Numbered from the stretch's first letter, positions 40,163-50,238 are shown. The stretch is DNA of 64,000 nucleotides from Spirulina sp. (GCA_044070495.1 JBIPSI010000001.1:96001-160000), one strand, 5' to 3'. Notes: a model not told the origin generated them from the letters alone. Numbers and translations: made by a program.

Positions 40163-42286
40163 GTGAAAGTCTCCCTTGAACCTCTATATTCCAAGCTCAA
40201 TGACGGGCCAGGGCATTGCCCCCTTGGGTGTCAGGAGCGTTGTCGAGTGGCTCAAAACTCTGGACTCAAGCCCCCTGAAGGCCAGCCGTGCCCCTTGTCG
40301 GTGCACCAAGCCCGTACTTGGGAATCCGTAGTAAACGGAGATGCTGACGTTATCTTCAACACAGCGGCAACGGGGGATGGCAAGTCCTTGGCGGCTTACT
40401 TAGCAGGGCTTCTCGATAAAAACTTCAGAATCATGGGGTTGTACCCCACCATTGAGTTGGTGGACGACCAAGATAGAAGCCATCGAGATAGTGATGATCG
40501 GCAAGGTTGGCACTCTCTTTTTGGGTTAAATGCCGATAAGCGCATTGATCGCCTGTACGGTGAAGAACTCAGTCGCCGCGTTCGTGATGGGGAGAGTAAT
40601 CGGTTTCAAGAACTCCGCAAGGTGCTCGAAAATAAGCCATTAATCCTGACCAATCCAGATATCTTTCACCTAATCACGCATTTCCAATACCGCGATCCCG
40701 CCTATGGTGATACAGAATTGCCACTGTTAATGGCTGAGTTTCCCAATGTGTGGGTATTTGATGAGTTCCATATCTTTGGGCCACACCAGGAAGCGGCAGT
40801 GATTAACAGTCTTAGCTTTATCCGGCGAGCATCGCAAGGAAATCGTCGTTTCCTGTTTACCTCAGCTACTCCAAAGGAGTCTTTTATCAAGCAGCTTAGG
40901 GCAGCCGGGTTTAAGACAGAGGAAATTTCTGGCACCTACTCTGATCATGACCAGCCTGGATATCGCAAGATTCTTGAAGCGGTTGATCTAGAATTTGTGC
41001 AACTCAAAAAGCAAGATGCTAAGGGCTGGCTAATAGATCACCATGCCGATATCGCAGCAGCCCTAACCGCAGAAGACAAAGGCCGAGGGCTGATCATCCT
41101 CAACTCAGTTGCACAGGCGGGTCGAGTCGTCGAGCTTCTACGGGATCTTTTTCAAGACTCAATAGAGGTTGAAGAAATTAGTGGACGCATGGATCGCGTT
41201 TCTCGTCAGCAAACCCAGGATAAGCTGAAACATTCCGCTAAACCTGTCCTGATTGTTGGCACCTCTGCTGTGGATGTTGGGGTCGATTTTAGAATTAATC
41301 TGCTGATTTTTGAAAGTAGCAATTCCGCAACTGTTATCCAGAGATTAGGTCGCTTAGGCCGTCATGAGGGATTTAAGTGTTATCAAGCCATGGCTCTGCT
41401 ACCAGAACACACACCCTGGATTCTGTCGCGATTAAAACAAACCTTATCTGAGGACGTAGGCATTGACCGAGAAGCCCTGAGAGATGCCGTGTTGGAAGCT
41501 TTTGATGCTCCTAAGGAATTTCAGGAATATCAACGAGAATGGGGTGTAGTACAGGCCCATGGAATGCTAGCAAAATTACAAGTTAAGGAGTATGCCAAGG
41601 TGATGCAGCCCGTGTATGATCGCATCACCCAAGACTTGCAGCCTCTTTATGGAAATAATATTGCAGGCACGGCAAAATGGAAACTCCGGGACTTTGATGA
41701 AGCGCCAGATGTAGTAAAAGCCATTCAGTCCGAGCTAATTCGCTTTCGGGGTGGCACCAGCCTCCAGGCGGCTGTATGGGATGATAATCGCTTCTATACC
41801 TACGACCTACTCAGAATTCTGCCCTATACCCAGGTTGAAGTACTAGAGGAATCTGATTTCCTAGATGCGGCCCGTAGCCAAGGCTATCCAGACTATACCT
41901 TTCAATACGCCCAGGTTTTTCTAAAAGTACAGCGATGGGTTGATGAGCGGATTGATATTCAACTGCGTTCTGGGCGCGACAGTAGCGAACTACAAGGGTG
42001 CACCTTGATTTTGCTTGACAAGCTACGCCTGACTCACCATCCACAGGCTGAAGTCATCAACTGCCTGAGCCGCAAAAAGCTTCTCAGTTTTCTAGTACCG
42101 AGTGACTACTGGAAAGTGCGAGATGACCTTCGAGTTGGCCCTTTGTTTGGGCTATACCCACTGACTGACAGCTCTGAGAAGAACTATGCCTGTGCTTTTA
42201 GCCAAGATGCCTTGATACTTAAGGCACTAAAAAATAGTCGATTAACTAAACTATGTCGTCAAAATTCTGATTCATTCTTTTTCTAG
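40163..42286 (+). CDS. cas3: Type I-D CRISPR helicase Cas3'
   Basis: ATGDGKS, DEFH, SAT, DVGVDF, QRLGRLGR; no HD domain. Confidence 0.95.
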   Translation: MKVSLEPLYSKLNDGPGHCPLGCQERCRVAQNSGLKPPEGQPCPLSVHQARTWESVVNGDADVIFNTAATGDGKSLAAYLAGLLDKNFRIMGLYPTIELVDDQDRSHRDSDDRQGWHSLFGLNADKRIDRLYGEELSRRVRDGESNRFQELRKVLENKPLILTNPDIFHLITHFQYRDPAYGDTELPLLMAEFPNVWVFDEFHIFGPHQEAAVINSLSFIRRASQGNRRFLFTSATPKESFIKQLRAAGFKTEEISGTYSDHDQPGYRKILEAVDLEFVQLKKQDAKGWLIDHHADIAAALTAEDKGRGLIILNSVAQAGRVVELLRDLFQDSIEVEEISGRMDRVSRQQTQDKLKHSAKPVLIVGTSAVDVGVDFRINLLIFESSNSATVIQRLGRLGRHEGFKCYQAMALLPEHTPWILSRLKQTLSEDVGIDREALRDAVLEAFDAPKEFQEYQREWGVVQAHGMLAKLQVKEYAKVMQPVYDRITQDLQPLYGNNIAGTAKWKLRDFDEAPDVVKAIQSELIRFRGGTSLQAAVWDDNRFYTYDLLRILPYTQVEVLEESDFLDAARSQGYPDYTFQYAQVFLKVQRWVDERIDIQLRSGRDSSELQGCTLILLDKLRLTHHPQAEVINCLSRKKLLSFLVPSDYWKVRDDLRVGPLFGLYPLTDSSEKNYACAFSQDALILKALKNSRLTKLCRQNSDSFFF

Positions 42287-42299
42287 GACAGCGATCTCC

Positions 42300-45287
42300 A
42301 TGACTCTCCTACAAGACTTACTGACGATCACATTGCGAGAAGACCCCGATCCGGTTCTTCAAAAGTTTGTTGAAACTGTTGTGCCAGCCATGGAACGGGA
42401 ATTTGCGCTAATTTCTGCCCTCGGAGGATCTGAAAATGTACATCACCATCGCCTCAGAGACGATCCTTACAGGGAAGAGAAAAGCGAACGATGGAGCCAG
42501 AGTGCTGACCAAAGTTTACTTGTTCACGTTCTTAACGCCATTTTGACGGCATGGAACCTGCAAAATTTCTTAGATGAGGATAAACAGCTTACCGAAGAAG
42601 AAAAGAATCTTCTATGTTTAGGACTAACCCTCCATGATTACAACAAGTATTGCCAAGGGGAAGAAGAAGACTCTCCGAAAGCCCATGAGGTTGACGAGAT
42701 TTTGAAACTTTGCCAAGACCTTGGAGAAAAGCTAAACTTCTCAGCATTTTGGTCAGAGTGGCAAGACCATCTCAGCGAGATTGGCTTTCTAGCTCAGAAT
42801 ACACAATATAAAGCAAGGACAAATATAGCTTCGGTTAATTGGCCCACCTTCAAAAGTGACAGCCGTCGCTTGAGAAATCCTTTGCGGCCTCTGTTAGCTT
42901 TTGGTGATATTGCAGTTCATATGAGCAACCCGTCAGACATATTGACCACCACTAGAGGTAATCGACTAAAAGAACACCTAGGTTCTCTTCAAATAGACCG
43001 CAAGCTAGTCTACCATCGCCTTCGCGACTGTACTGGGCTACTCAGCAGTGGTATCCATAATGCTGTTCTGCACTTTACTAAAGAACTCGATTGGCAACCC
43101 ATCTTGTTTTTTGCCCAGGGCGTTGTCTATCTTTCACCCCAAGACGCAGAAACCCCAGATCGAGATATCGTTCAGAGCGCCCTTTGGGAGCAAATTCAGA
43201 CTTTGCTAGCGGGCAAGATGCTCAGTGGTGAGATTGGCTTTAAGCGTGATGGCAAGGGTCTAAAGGTTGCGCCGCAAACTCTGGAGCTATTCAGCCCGTC
43301 CCAGCTCATTCGTGGCTTACCTGATGTTATCAAGGCAAAGGTTGGTAATGCTAAGAACCCAGCTACACCAAAGCGTCTAGAATCACTTGGTCTTAGTGAA
43401 GAAGAACTCAAACAATTAGAGCCAGCAGCAGATTTACGGAGTGATCGTTTAGCTGAACTCATCTTTCTAGCCCAGAAAGAGTTTTTTGCAAACGTTCCTG
43501 AGTTTGCCCCGTGGGTACTCAAGTATCTAGGCATTGATCAATCCATAACGCAAGAACAAACACAGGTTCAATCCGGGGGAGTTAACTATGGCTGGTATCA
43601 TGCGGCAGCCCATTATATCGCTGTGGCTGGGGGCAACACACTAGATGACGATCAAACGCAGGAAGTCTTAGAGTCTTTCTCTAATGCCCTTGCAGACTGG
43701 GCGGAAGAGCATGATTTGCTAGGAAGTCATAAAAGCCCAACCCAGGATATTTTTCTAGACTATTTGAACCAAAACCTCGAAGTCTCAGGCTGGCATCAAG
43801 AGACAACTCCTTTTGAAGATGAGTTATCAAGCTATGTCGCTGCCAAAACAAAAGCAGCACGACAACCGATCTGCTCGTTAAGCTCTGGCCAGTTTGCCTC
43901 TGAGGATCAGATGGATTCTGTTGTACTATTCAAGCCGCAGCAATACAGCAACAAAAATCCACTAGGTGGCAGACAGATTAAACGTGGCATCTCTAAAATT
44001 TGGTCGCTAGAAATGTTGATCAGACAAGCTATGTGGGCAGTTCCCGCAGGAAAGCTAGAAGACCAAAGACCTGTTTTCCTCTATATCTTTCCAGCCTATG
44101 TCTATTCACCTCAGATGGCAAAAGCCATTAGGGTTTTAGTCAATGAACTCAAAGACCGCATCAACTTTTGGGATATTCGTAAATTCTGGCAAGAGAATGC
44201 TATGGATATCCAGTCCTTGAGAACGTACCCATGGCTAGACGAGGAAGAAAAATTTGGTCGTTTTTCAGATCTGACGTATGGAGGTAGTAAGCGGAAAGAC
44301 GCTGAAGAAATTGAAAAACGAGATATTCCGTTTGTTGCCGTTACCTACACAACCACACGGGGTAAAACTGTCACCGATGCTTGGATTGAGCCTGCTTTCT
44401 TAGCACTTCTCCTTCCTATACTTTTAGGAGTTAAGGTAGTAGCCTCAACCAGTCCGGCTCCACTCTACAGTAGTGACAGCGAGTTTCGAGAGTCTGTGAA
44501 GCTAGATGGGCCAGCCGGATTTTGGAATTCCTTAGGCTTGCCAGACTCGCTACATCTTGAAGCGTGGATGCAGGGAAGGGTTCAACGATTAGATGAAATC
44601 TTGAATCGGTTATTAATCGCCTATGCCCTTCATCTTGACTGTGAAGGTGATCCACCCGATCCACGCTGGCGGGCCTTTGCGAATACGGTTCGAGACATCA
44701 TGACAGATGTGCTAAATATTTTCTCGCTTGCAGCATCACATTTTTGTGATCTGAAACGAGAACCCTACGCGGAGGAAGTAAGACGTTACTGGAGCTATGC
44801 AAAAATCTGGTCAGAAGGAAATGTTGAGATGCAAGAAAAGTTGAAGATTACCAAGCGTCTTGTGGCTGAATATCGCAGCTTCTATCGAGTCAACCTGAGT
44901 GAGTCTAGCCATGCTATTCTTTTGCCTCTTTCCAAGGCACTAGAATTGATCTTATCTGTTCCAGAAGATTGGGATGATGAAGAACTGATTTTACAAGGTT
45001 CTGGCCAACTTCAAGATGCACTAGATCGACAAAAAGTATATCGGCCTATCTTGTCCGATAAAACTCTTCCTTATCAAGAGCGTAAGATGCAAGAGTTTGA
45101 AGCTATCCAAGCTTTCATGACTACTTGCGTTAATGACTTGTTTGGTGAAATGTGCAAAGGTGATCGTGCTTTGCTCCAAGAAAACCGAAATCGAATCAAA
45201 TCTGGTGCTGAATTTGCCTATCGTTGGCTAGCCCTGCAAGAAAATAAAGCCCAATCTGAAAATCAAAAATCTGAAGGAGAAGAGTAA
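42300..45287 (+). CDS. cas10d: Type I-D large subunit Cas10d/Csc3 with N-terminal HD nuclease
   Basis: DQSLLVHVLN, LHDYNK, FKPQQYSNKNPL. Confidence 0.95.
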   Translation: MTLLQDLLTITLREDPDPVLQKFVETVVPAMEREFALISALGGSENVHHHRLRDDPYREEKSERWSQSADQSLLVHVLNAILTAWNLQNFLDEDKQLTEEEKNLLCLGLTLHDYNKYCQGEEEDSPKAHEVDEILKLCQDLGEKLNFSAFWSEWQDHLSEIGFLAQNTQYKARTNIASVNWPTFKSDSRRLRNPLRPLLAFGDIAVHMSNPSDILTTTRGNRLKEHLGSLQIDRKLVYHRLRDCTGLLSSGIHNAVLHFTKELDWQPILFFAQGVVYLSPQDAETPDRDIVQSALWEQIQTLLAGKMLSGEIGFKRDGKGLKVAPQTLELFSPSQLIRGLPDVIKAKVGNAKNPATPKRLESLGLSEEELKQLEPAADLRSDRLAELIFLAQKEFFANVPEFAPWVLKYLGIDQSITQEQTQVQSGGVNYGWYHAAAHYIAVAGGNTLDDDQTQEVLESFSNALADWAEEHDLLGSHKSPTQDIFLDYLNQNLEVSGWHQETTPFEDELSSYVAAKTKAARQPICSLSSGQFASEDQMDSVVLFKPQQYSNKNPLGGRQIKRGISKIWSLEMLIRQAMWAVPAGKLEDQRPVFLYIFPAYVYSPQMAKAIRVLVNELKDRINFWDIRKFWQENAMDIQSLRTYPWLDEEEKFGRFSDLTYGGSKRKDAEEIEKRDIPFVAVTYTTTRGKTVTDAWIEPAFLALLLPILLGVKVVASTSPAPLYSSDSEFRESVKLDGPAGFWNSLGLPDSLHLEAWMQGRVQRLDEILNRLLIAYALHLDCEGDPPDPRWRAFANTVRDIMTDVLNIFSLAASHFCDLKREPYAEEVRRYWSYAKIWSEGNVEMQEKLKITKRLVAEYRSFYRVNLSESSHAILLPLSKALELILSVPEDWDDEELILQGSGQLQDALDRQKVYRPILSDKTLPYQERKMQEFEAIQAFMTTCVNDLFGEMCKGDRALLQENRNRIKSGAEFAYRWLALQENKAQSENQKSEGEE
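44829..45287 (+). CDS. cas11d: Cas11d small subunit from an internal in-frame start
   Basis: GAAGGA upstream of an in-frame ATG; MQEKLKITKRLVAEYRSFY matches the known Cas11d N-terminus pattern. Confidence 0.8.
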   Translation: MQEKLKITKRLVAEYRSFYRVNLSESSHAILLPLSKALELILSVPEDWDDEELILQGSGQLQDALDRQKVYRPILSDKTLPYQERKMQEFEAIQAFMTTCVNDLFGEMCKGDRALLQENRNRIKSGAEFAYRWLALQENKAQSENQKSEGEE

Positions 45288-45289
45288 TC

Positions 45290-46282
45290 ATGTCTGTCCT
45301 CAAAAACCTAAAGCCTGAGTTCCATACAGCTTTCCCTCGTCTTGCTTCTGGCAAGTATGTGCACTTCTTGATGGTGCGTCACAGTCAGTCCTTCCCGGTT
45401 TTTCAGACTGATGGAGTTTTGAACGTAGCCCGTACCCAGGCTGGGTTAGAAACCACGGATAAATTTAGTCGGTTGGTCATGTTTAAGCGCAAGCAAACTA
45501 CTCCAGAGCGCTTGGCTGGGCGCGAACTTTTGCGATCTCTCGGTCTAACCACAGCGAACAAGGAAGATAAGGCCAAATTTTGCGAGTACAATGGCGAGGG
45601 ATCCTGTAAGAAATGCCCCGACTGTATTATCTACGGCTTTGCCATTGGCGATAGTGGTTCTGAACGGTCAAAGGTCTATTCAGATTCGGCCTTCTCACTC
45701 AGTCCCTATGAGCAGTCCCATAAGAGCTTTACCTTCAATGCTCCCTTTGAAGGGGGAACGATGAGCGAAGCGGGTACTATGCGAAGCTCCATTAATGAGC
45801 TTGACCATATTTTGCCTGAGGTTAATTTTCCCACAGTCGAGACTCTAAGAGATCCCACTTATGAAGGCTTTATCTATGTCTTAGGTAATCTGCTCCGCAC
45901 CCGTCGCTATGGGGCACAAGAGTCTCGCACTGGCACTATGACTAATCATCTAGTGGGTGTCGTCTTTACGGATGGAGAAATCTTCAGCAACCTATACTTT
46001 ACCCAAGCACTCTACGATGCCCTCAAAGATGATTTGAGTGCTCCAATTGACATAGTACTTACCAAGGCTCAAGAAGTGGCAGAAATCTTATTGGCCAAAG
46101 AACCTTTGAGAAAGAGTCAGCAAGTCTTTGGAGAGCAGTTGAACCAACTTCTCTCAGAGGTGACAGCAATTTACCAAAATGAAGCTGAGTTGCAGACTAT
46201 TATTGGCAGTTTATACCAGCAAACTCAGACCTATGCTGAAACCTTTGGGGCCAGCTCAGGTAAAAAGGGCAAAGGTAAGTAG
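45290..46282 (+). CDS. cas7: Type I-D Cas7/Csc2
   Basis: FKRKQTTPERLAGRE, CxxCPDCIIYGFA, YGAQESRTG. Confidence 0.95.
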   Translation: MSVLKNLKPEFHTAFPRLASGKYVHFLMVRHSQSFPVFQTDGVLNVARTQAGLETTDKFSRLVMFKRKQTTPERLAGRELLRSLGLTTANKEDKAKFCEYNGEGSCKKCPDCIIYGFAIGDSGSERSKVYSDSAFSLSPYEQSHKSFTFNAPFEGGTMSEAGTMRSSINELDHILPEVNFPTVETLRDPTYEGFIYVLGNLLRTRRYGAQESRTGTMTNHLVGVVFTDGEIFSNLYFTQALYDALKDDLSAPIDIVLTKAQEVAEILLAKEPLRKSQQVFGEQLNQLLSEVTAIYQNEAELQTIIGSLYQQTQTYAETFGASSGKKGKGK

Positions 46283-46302
46283 GCATCTGGGGAAATAATG
46301 AG

Positions 46303-47061
46303 ATGCTTTATCAATGTGATTTAACCCTCCATGACAACGTTTTCTTCGCCACCCGCGAAATGGGAACGCTGTTTGAAACTGAGAAATATCTGCACAACTG
46401 GGCACTTAGCTATGCCTTATTCGAGGGGCAATACTTGAACCGCCCCTACCGATTGCAAGGAGCACACGCCCAAAAGCCTAGCTACCTCGATAGTGGCCAC
46501 GAACAGAGCCTACACCCCTTAAATGAGGCAGGGATTTATGTTTTTCCTGCTCGGCCCTTGCAGTGGTCTTACCAGGTGAATACCTTTAAGGCGGCCCAAG
46601 TTCACTACTACGGCAAATCCAAGCAGTTTGGTGATAAGGGAGCTGACCGCAACTACCCGATTAACTTTGGTCGTGCTAAGGAGTTAGCTGTGGGTAGCAC
46701 TTATCGAACGTATATTGCTGCAACGGATCGATCAGTCTTGCCCACCTGGATGCGGCAGCAGGACGATGACAAACGTCAGACCTGGATTCGTTTAGGAAAG
46801 TGGGCTGCCAAGATCCATATTCGGGCTACTCCTGTAACAGGATTGGAGGAAAGAAAAGGCAAGTTTATTTGTCGTCACCCTCTCAATCCTTTAGATCTGT
46901 TACCTTCTACCGTGTTACTGATTTACAACCGGATTGTAATGCCTCCCGTGAGTTTAGTCAGCCAAGCTCAGTTAGAAGGAGATTATTGGAGACTGCCTGA
47001 TGACACCGACTTACCCATTGGTTCTTACTATGGAGCAAGATACGTTGCCAATGCCTCCTAA
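46303..47061 (+). CDS. cas5: Type I-D Cas5/Csc1
   Basis: LHDNVFFATRE, LHNWALSYAL, WIRLGKW. Confidence 0.93.
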   Translation: MLYQCDLTLHDNVFFATREMGTLFETEKYLHNWALSYALFEGQYLNRPYRLQGAHAQKPSYLDSGHEQSLHPLNEAGIYVFPARPLQWSYQVNTFKAAQVHYYGKSKQFGDKGADRNYPINFGRAKELAVGSTYRTYIAATDRSVLPTWMRQQDDDKRQTWIRLGKWAAKIHIRATPVTGLEERKGKFICRHPLNPLDLLPSTVLLIYNRIVMPPVSLVSQAQLEGDYWRLPDDTDLPIGSYYGARYVANAS

Positions 47062-47839
47062 ATCGACATCCATCTATTCCTTGGTGGTGCTGCTAGGATC
47101 TGCGGGGCAAGGGCAACTACCTAAAACCCTAGGCCGAGCGATTCATGCTCAGGTTTTAGACTGGATGCAAGCTGGGAATCCTGTGATTGCCCAGGTGATC
47201 CACAGTACCCAAACATCCCCCATCAGTCTTTCGGGATTGATTGGAAAACGACGCAAGCATGGTACCCAACCAGATGATGAATTTTACTTCCGAATTAGCC
47301 TGCTAGATGGCGATTTGCTACAGCCTTTGCTAACAGGGATAGATGCGTGGGGAACTAAGCCTATTTCCCTTGGCAAGTTCCCCTTTGTTTGTCGAGGTTT
47401 TGAAGCATTACCTGGTGGACACAAACAAGTTCAAATGGGAGATTATCGTTTGTTAGGAACTACCAGCCCAATCCGTGATGACATTTCGCTAGAATTTCAA
47501 TCACCTACTGCCTTCAAACAGGGCAAAAAAACAATCCAGCCCTTCCCTCTACCGGAACTTGTCTTTGGTAGCCTGCTCCGCCGCTGGAATGCCTTTGCCC
47601 CAGAGGATCTACACTTTCCCCAAATTGAATGGCAGGGCATGGTTTCGGCCTTTGACCTCAAAACCCAGGTGCTGCGGCTGGAAGGTGGCCCTCAAATTGG
47701 CTCTGTAGGCTGGGTGCGCTATCGTTTTCCTGATGCCGAACAAGCCCGCATCGCGTCTATTTTGGCCCAATACGCCTTCTTTGCCGGAGTTGGGTACAAA
47801 ACTACGATGGGAATGGGGCAGGTGCAGCCCTTAACGTGA
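47051..47839 (+). CDS. cas6: Cas6 endoribonuclease
   Basis: GRAIHA, FQSPTAF, Gly-rich loop GVGYKTTMGMG; start inferred at 47051 (track 47000). Confidence 0.95.
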   Translation: MPPKSTSIYSLVVLLGSAGQGQLPKTLGRAIHAQVLDWMQAGNPVIAQVIHSTQTSPISLSGLIGKRRKHGTQPDDEFYFRISLLDGDLLQPLLTGIDAWGTKPISLGKFPFVCRGFEALPGGHKQVQMGDYRLLGTTSPIRDDISLEFQSPTAFKQGKKTIQPFPLPELVFGSLLRRWNAFAPEDLHFPQIEWQGMVSAFDLKTQVLRLEGGPQIGSVGWVRYRFPDAEQARIASILAQYAFFAGVGYKTTMGMGQVQPLT

Positions 47840-47875
47840 GCATGGAACTACGATTTACCTACGAGGCTATCCACC

Positions 47876-48136
47876 ATGACTATCCAAGACTTAATTGCGG
47901 CTCTTGCCACCTTTGATCCCCAAACGCCCGTTGTCGTCAGTGGGTATGAAGGGGGCTACAACGACGTTAGCTTTGTTCGTCCTCTATCTATCCAGCTTAA
48001 TGTCAATGACAAGTCTTACTACGGTGCTCACGATTGTGTTAAAGGTACTACGGTACCCGATATCCCTTTCACGTCAGTTGTTTATTTAGGTGGGTTTAAC
48101 CCAAACTGCGATAACCCCGAAGACTCTTACCACTAA
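47876..48136 (+). CDS. Small hypothetical protein inside the cas operon
   Basis: GAGG RBS; MTIQDLIAAL...VVVSGYEGGYND...YYGAH; family not recognised. Confidence 0.7.
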   Translation: MTIQDLIAALATFDPQTPVVVSGYEGGYNDVSFVRPLSIQLNVNDKSYYGAHDCVKGTTVPDIPFTSVVYLGGFNPNCDNPEDSYH

Positions 48137-48190
48137 GGCTAACTAAAGCTAACTATTGCCTGAAAGTTTATTACCTTAAGCTTCAAGATT

Positions 48191-48634
48191 ATGCAATCCC
48201 CTTCTCTGACAGAAATTCAATCTAAAATTCCTAGGGTAGTGGAACAAACTCCCTACCTAAAATTGCTTGTGTTGTTTGGGTCTAGAGCAACAGCTAACGA
48301 CACCGAAAACAGTGATTGGGACTTTGCTGTTCTATACGATGAAGAACTGCGCCATCTCTACGAGACAGAAGCATTAGATTGGCTAAGAATTTGGTCTATC
48401 CTCCAAGCAGAGTTTAAACTTTCTGAGCAGCAGATTGACGTAGTCATTCTTAACCAATGTTCAAAAATCTCGGCCCACAATGTGGCTGAGACTGGATTGC
48501 TGTTATATGAAAGCTGCCCAGGCGAGTTTCAGAAATTTCGAGCCAGTCACTTAATGAGTTTATCCGAAAAAGCAGCCTATATCGATGATAAACGAATGGA
48601 AGTTAGGGCAGCTCTAGCCAGGTGGAAAAGATGA
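48191..48634 (+). CDS. mntA: MNT (minimal nucleotidyltransferase) antitoxin
   Basis: LFGSRA...SDWDFAV...IDVV. Confidence 0.88.
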   Translation: MQSPSLTEIQSKIPRVVEQTPYLKLLVLFGSRATANDTENSDWDFAVLYDEELRHLYETEALDWLRIWSILQAEFKLSEQQIDVVILNQCSKISAHNVAETGLLLYESCPGEFQKFRASHLMSLSEKAAYIDDKRMEVRAALARWKR

Positions 48635-49104
48635 GCAATTTGGATGTTCCGGGTGTTCTCAAAAAATTATCCGGCATGGCCAGACGATTTGACACCCTGA
48701 AGCGATACGAGAATATTTCTCTGGAAGACTATCTGCTCAACGAGGATGTTCAAATTATCACTGAGCGGCTACTTGAACTCATTATTCAGGCTGCTATTGA
48801 TATCAATAAAATGTTTCTGAAGCAGCTTGTCAATGTCAGGTTTGTGCCAGATAGTGGACAGCCGCTTACTAATGCAGAAACATTTCGTCTTATGGCCGCT
48901 CACGAATTTATCCCATCCAATCTAGCCGAAGTCCTAGCTAGATCCGGCCAGTTTCGCAATGTTCTAGCTCATTTCTATGACGATATTGATTCTAGGCAGG
49001 TCTATGATGCATTACAAATCACCCTAGATTACTATCCAGACTACATCGAAGCGATTCAAGATCATATCGATAGTCTATTTCATGATTTGGAGGTTAACCC
49101 ATGA
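48631..49104 (+). CDS. hepT: HEPN (DUF86) RNase toxin
   Basis: ERLLELIIQAAIDI and the R-X4-H-x-Y motif RNVLAHFY; ATGA overlap with MNT. Confidence 0.88.
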   Translation: MSNLDVPGVLKKLSGMARRFDTLKRYENISLEDYLLNEDVQIITERLLELIIQAAIDINKMFLKQLVNVRFVPDSGQPLTNAETFRLMAAHEFIPSNLAEVLARSGQFRNVLAHFYDDIDSRQVYDALQITLDYYPDYIEAIQDHIDSLFHDLEVNP

Positions 49105-49373
49105 CCCAAGCCAAAGTCGTCAGCGTTAACGACCAGCGACAGATCGATCTTCCCGAAGACATTCTCCAGACCCTCAATCCAGGGGATGAATATTTGGTCT
49201 GGCAAACCGGAGATAGCATTTTGCTGCAAAAAATCCAAAAACCCTCTGCCTTTGAGGCCTTGCTGGCAAAGGTGGACGCCCTAGGCCCCGACCCCGACCA
49301 ACTCAGCATGGACGCCCTTACGGCCTTGGTTAAGGACGTGCGCCGCCAACTACCCCAAACAACCAATAACTAA
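49101..49373 (+). CDS. AbrB/MazE-like small DNA-binding protein (orphan antitoxin-like)
   Basis: QIDLPEDI...LNPGDEYLV...SILLQKI swapped-hairpin pattern. Confidence 0.6.
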   Translation: MTQAKVVSVNDQRQIDLPEDILQTLNPGDEYLVWQTGDSILLQKIQKPSAFEALLAKVDALGPDPDQLSMDALTALVKDVRRQLPQTTNN

Positions 49374-49408
49374 TAACCAATAACCACCCCCCAATAACCA
49401 ATAACCAA
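49360..49408 (+). repeat. Heptamer array (YAACCAA) directly before the cas4 ATG
   Basis: CAACCAA TAACTAA TAACCAA TAACCA CCCCCCAA TAACCAA TAACCAA. Confidence 0.9.
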
Positions 49409-49409
49409 A

Positions 49410-49985
49410 ATGCCCGACGACTACCTTCCCCTGGCCTACCTCAATGCTTGGGAATATTGCCCGCGCCGATTTTACTTGGAATACCAGCTCGGTGAAATGG
49501 CCGACAACGAACACATCATCCTCGGTCGTCACCTGCACCGAGTGGTAGACGACGAAGGCCAACAATACGAGGGCGATACCCTCATGCGCCGCCATCAGTG
49601 GGTGTGGAGTGATCGCCTTCAGATCAAAGGCATCATCGACCTAGTTGAGCAACGGGACGATCAACTCGTGCCCGTAGAATTCAAAAAAGGCACGATGGGC
49701 CGCCACCTCAGCGATCACTTTCAGCTTTGTGCCGCTGGGCTTTGCCTAGAAGAACGCACGGGCCAAGCCATCTCCCACGGCGAAATTTTTTACCATAGCA
49801 ATCGGCGACGGCAGCAGGTACCCTTTACCCCGGAACTGAGAACGGCGACGGAGCAAGCCATTGCGGCAGCCCATGCAGCTCTAGAGACATCAATTCCCAA
49901 GCCAATCACCCATAAACGCAAGTGTCAGGCATGCAGTTTACAGAATATTTGTTTGCCGTTTGAGGTGGATTTTTTGGGGGGATAG
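49410..49985 (+). CDS. cas4: Cas4
   Basis: YCPRRF, GIIDLVE, VEFKKG, QLCA, CQACSLQNIC. Confidence 0.96.
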   Translation: MPDDYLPLAYLNAWEYCPRRFYLEYQLGEMADNEHIILGRHLHRVVDDEGQQYEGDTLMRRHQWVWSDRLQIKGIIDLVEQRDDQLVPVEFKKGTMGRHLSDHFQLCAAGLCLEERTGQAISHGEIFYHSNRRRQQVPFTPELRTATEQAIAAAHAALETSIPKPITHKRKCQACSLQNICLPFEVDFLGG

Positions 49986-50238
49986 TTATTTGTTATTTGT
50001 TATTCGTTGTTTGTTATTCGTTATTCGTTATTTGTTATTCGTTATTTGTTATTCGTTATTTGTTATTCGTTATTTGTTATTCGTTATTCGTTATTCGTTA
50101 TTCGTTATTCGTTATTCGTTATTCGTTATTCGTTATTCGTTATTCGTTCCTAGCAACCAACAACCAGTAACCAACAACCAGTAACCAACAACCAGTAACC
50201 AACAACCAGTAACCAACAACCAGTAACCAACAACCAAC
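49985..50238 (+). repeat. Bipartite heptamer array between cas4 and cas1
   Basis: (GTTRTTY)x23, core GTTCCTAGCAAC, (YAACCAR)x12 ending at the cas1 ATG. Confidence 0.95.

Noticed and set aside
49960..50184. 74-aa hydrophobic ORF (YLLFVIR repeats)
   Set aside because: Read-through of the stop-free heptamer array; no RBS or independent support
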